Program-made: the position numbers and the translations under genes | Source: a virus | Reading direction: 5' to 3' (one strand) | DNA length: 43,036 nucleotides | IMG/VR virus record: IMGVR_UViG_3300018476_000007 | Coordinates: 1 to 43,036 of that record | The notes under the pieces: generated by a model | Database searches by the model: none | What the model saw: only the letters and a program-made list of their open reading frames with translations | Told to the model about the DNA's origin: nothing | Shown here: one piece after another, positions 41,616-43,036 of the stretch | How the letters are laid out: the number at the start of each line of letters is the position of its first letter | Numbering within the stretch: position 1 is the first letter of the stretch

Positions 41616-41924
41616 ATGGACTTCTCAGTAATCATTGCCCGACTTCGAGACTTCTTTGTAATCACAGGAGAACTAGCTAAGGCTGAACTGTGTAACAAGA
41701 TGCTAACTCAGTTGGATACTGAAAAGAAATACATTCATTCTCTAACAGAAGCAGAGTGTAAAGACCTACTAAGATACTTCATTGAAGAAGCGGGTTATAT
41801 TAGTTACGAATCTTCACCCGGTATACATAAAATTATTAACGACATAAGTGCTAAACTATATGGCCAAAGCAAATTCAAACCACTCAAGAAACGTGAGAAA
41901 GAAGAAGCCCTTAAGAAGGCTTAA
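41616..41924 (+). CDS. Hypothetical protein (102 aa)
   Basis: Starts 1 nt after the previous stop. Confidence 0.65.
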   Translation: MDFSVIIARLRDFFVITGELAKAELCNKMLTQLDTEKKYIHSLTEAECKDLLRYFIEEAGYISYESSPGIHKIINDISAKLYGQSKFKPLKKREKEEALKKA

Positions 41925-42075
41925 AGGTTATCATGGATTCCAGCGTGAGCGCGCAGGATTCGGATGCTTTGAAGAACAGAAGGATGAGTTAAGGAAGATT
42001 GCTAGGAGTAAGGGTATGACTCTTAGCTTCTATATTAACTATCTCATCTGGAAGGATTTAGACGATGAAGCTTAA
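41848..42075 (+). CDS. Ribbon-helix-helix (CopG/Arc-like) candidate. The start is uncertain (GTG 41848 or ATG 41860), and the gene overlaps its upstream neighbour by 65-77 nt.
   Basis: GFGCFEEQKDELRKIARSKGMTLSFYINYLIW resembles an RHH strand-helix-helix. There is no convincing SD at either start. Confidence 0.45.
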   Translation: MLNYMAKANSNHSRNVRKKKPLRRLKGYHGFQRERAGFGCFEEQKDELRKIARSKGMTLSFYINYLIWKDLDDEA

Positions 42076-42235
42076 TGTTACAGTGAAGTTTGTTATCCTA
42101 ATGGATAATGAAACTCCTGAGGAAGCGGCCAGATTTATACAGGAACATCTTTTCATGATGTATGCCATGATGGAAAAGGAAGATGGAACTAAGATGAGTC
42201 ATCAACTTTTCTTTGAAGCGTTGGAAGATAAGTAG
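42065..42235 (+). CDS. Small hypothetical protein (56 aa), below the track cutoff
   Basis: GGAAGGA SD 8 nt upstream. Product MKLNVTVKFVILMDNETPEEAARFIQEHLFMMYAMMEKEDGTKMSHQLFFEALEDK. Confidence 0.5.
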   Translation: MKLNVTVKFVILMDNETPEEAARFIQEHLFMMYAMMEKEDGTKMSHQLFFEALEDK

Positions 42236-42255
42236 AGATTTTTGAAGGGGATAAA

Positions 42256-42744
42256 ATGTTTATAAATAGGGATAGGGAATTCTACCGGAATAAATATAGA
42301 CATTATGTTCATTCCCCATTTCAAATGAAACATGAAGGGATTATAGTTAAGTGTAGCGAGCAGGGTAAAATCACTATACATCAGGACCATGAGAACGAAG
42401 AGTTCAGTGAGATAGTTTGTCGGGCATCTACAATCACTAAGCTATATAGGATACTGGTAATCACATCCAAAGAAATTTGGAAGGATGATCCTACATGGTT
42501 AGGAGGAACGGATTATTATTCGTTCTCACTGAATCATCAAGGTATTGATATCGCTTCTGATGAAAAGGGAAAGATCATCATGCATAAAGATCATGATGCA
42601 GATGATACTTTCAGTGAGATCGTTTGTGATTCTTCCTTCATAGTTAAAGTCTATAGGATGTTGGCGGCTAGTCGTAAGTTAGAATGGAGAGACGAACCAT
42701 TCATTAAGTCTGATGATACCGAAGAGATACACGAGGAAGAATAA
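42256..42744 (+). CDS. Hypothetical protein (162 aa) made of two internal repeats
   Basis: GIIVKCSEQGKITIHQDHENEEFSEIVCRASTITKLYRILVITSKEIWKDDP aligns with GIDIASDEKGKIIMHKDHDADDTFSEIVCDSSFIVKVYRMLAASRKLEWRDEP. Confidence 0.7.
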   Translation: MFINRDREFYRNKYRHYVHSPFQMKHEGIIVKCSEQGKITIHQDHENEEFSEIVCRASTITKLYRILVITSKEIWKDDPTWLGGTDYYSFSLNHQGIDIASDEKGKIIMHKDHDADDTFSEIVCDSSFIVKVYRMLAASRKLEWRDEPFIKSDDTEEIHEEE

Positions 42745-42773
42745 TTAGTACGTTCCTTATTAAGGAAATTATA

Positions 42774-43036
42774 ATGCCTAGAATTGACGTTATCACGGGG
42801 GAGCTTATCCGGGATGAAGTTCCAATCGAAAGTATTAGACTTCCGGAAGTTACGACAGACGTTGTTTCTAAAGAAGCTATGGAACCCGTCCAAGAAACAA
42901 CAGGAGTTTCTGAAACAATCTCAAGCGGAGTTACTAAGGAAATCACAAGAGACAAATGGACAAACATCCAAGTAGATAGTCAAGTACTATCCTTGTTCAT
43001 GGCTTGTCCTCGGAAGTATGAGTATGTAATGAAGAG
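42774..43036 (+). CDS. N-terminal part of the Cas4/RecB-like exonuclease (continues at base 124 of the window after the wrap)
   Basis: The ATG at 42774 opens a frame (MPRIDVITGELIRDEVPIE...SLFMACPRKYEYVMK) that runs off the window end without a stop. It is in phase with 80..901 once the 42,913-bp offset is applied. Confidence 0.75.
   Translation, partial: MPRIDVITGELIRDEVPIESIRLPEVTTDVVSKEAMEPVQETTGVSETISSGVTKEITRDKWTNIQVDSQVLSLFMACPRKYEYVMK
42914..43036. repeat. Terminal duplication, right copy (identical to 1-123)
   Basis: Direct comparison of the two window ends. Confidence 0.9.

Overview
The window is a complete, circularly closing dsDNA phage genome. Bases 1-123 are repeated exactly at 42914-43036, giving a unit length of 42,913 bp. 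No lysogeny genes, tRNAs or CRISPR arrays were seen.

Gene layout: there are two arms. The + arm runs from 34.3 kb to the window end, wraps, and continues to 9.4 kb. It carries tightly coupled small early ORFs (many below the 60-aa cutoff of the ORF track), wHTH/HTH/RHH regulators and an SprT-like/SNF2 helicase fusion. It also carries a Cas4/RecB-like nuclease that is split by the window edge, a Sak4-like P-loop ATPase, a DUF669-like protein, a family-A DNA polymerase with an N-terminal UDG-like domain, and an SF3-like P-loop protein. The - arm runs from 32.9 kb down to 9.4 kb and is the morphogenesis operon. It holds the large terminase, portal, acidic scaffold, major capsid, tail and fibre genes, and three large Gly-rich ejection-type proteins. 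The two arms end with stop codons overlapping in one CTAG.

Most unusual region: the arms diverge from a 1.35-kb stretch (32887-34232) with no ORF of 60 aa or more on either strand. It contains:
- a consensus sigma70 promoter facing left;
- an AT-rich tract with direct repeats;
- 12 copies, in both orientations, of a 16-nt motif TGGCAYGnnnnWTGC that matches the sigma54 -24/-12 promoter geometry, two of them canonical;
- tandem palindromic operators;
- a ~600-nt hairpin-dense segment with UUCG and GAAA loops and a possible pseudoknot, which I propose is a large structured RNA or giant structured leader.

A second control region at 36.06-36.54 kb looks like a replication origin. It has five iterons phased at exactly 11 bp, inverted copies 33 bp apart inside the adjacent wHTH gene, an AT-rich core, and G-run/C-run inverted arms.

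Limits: all functional calls come from motif reading by eye. No database search, folding or statistics were run.
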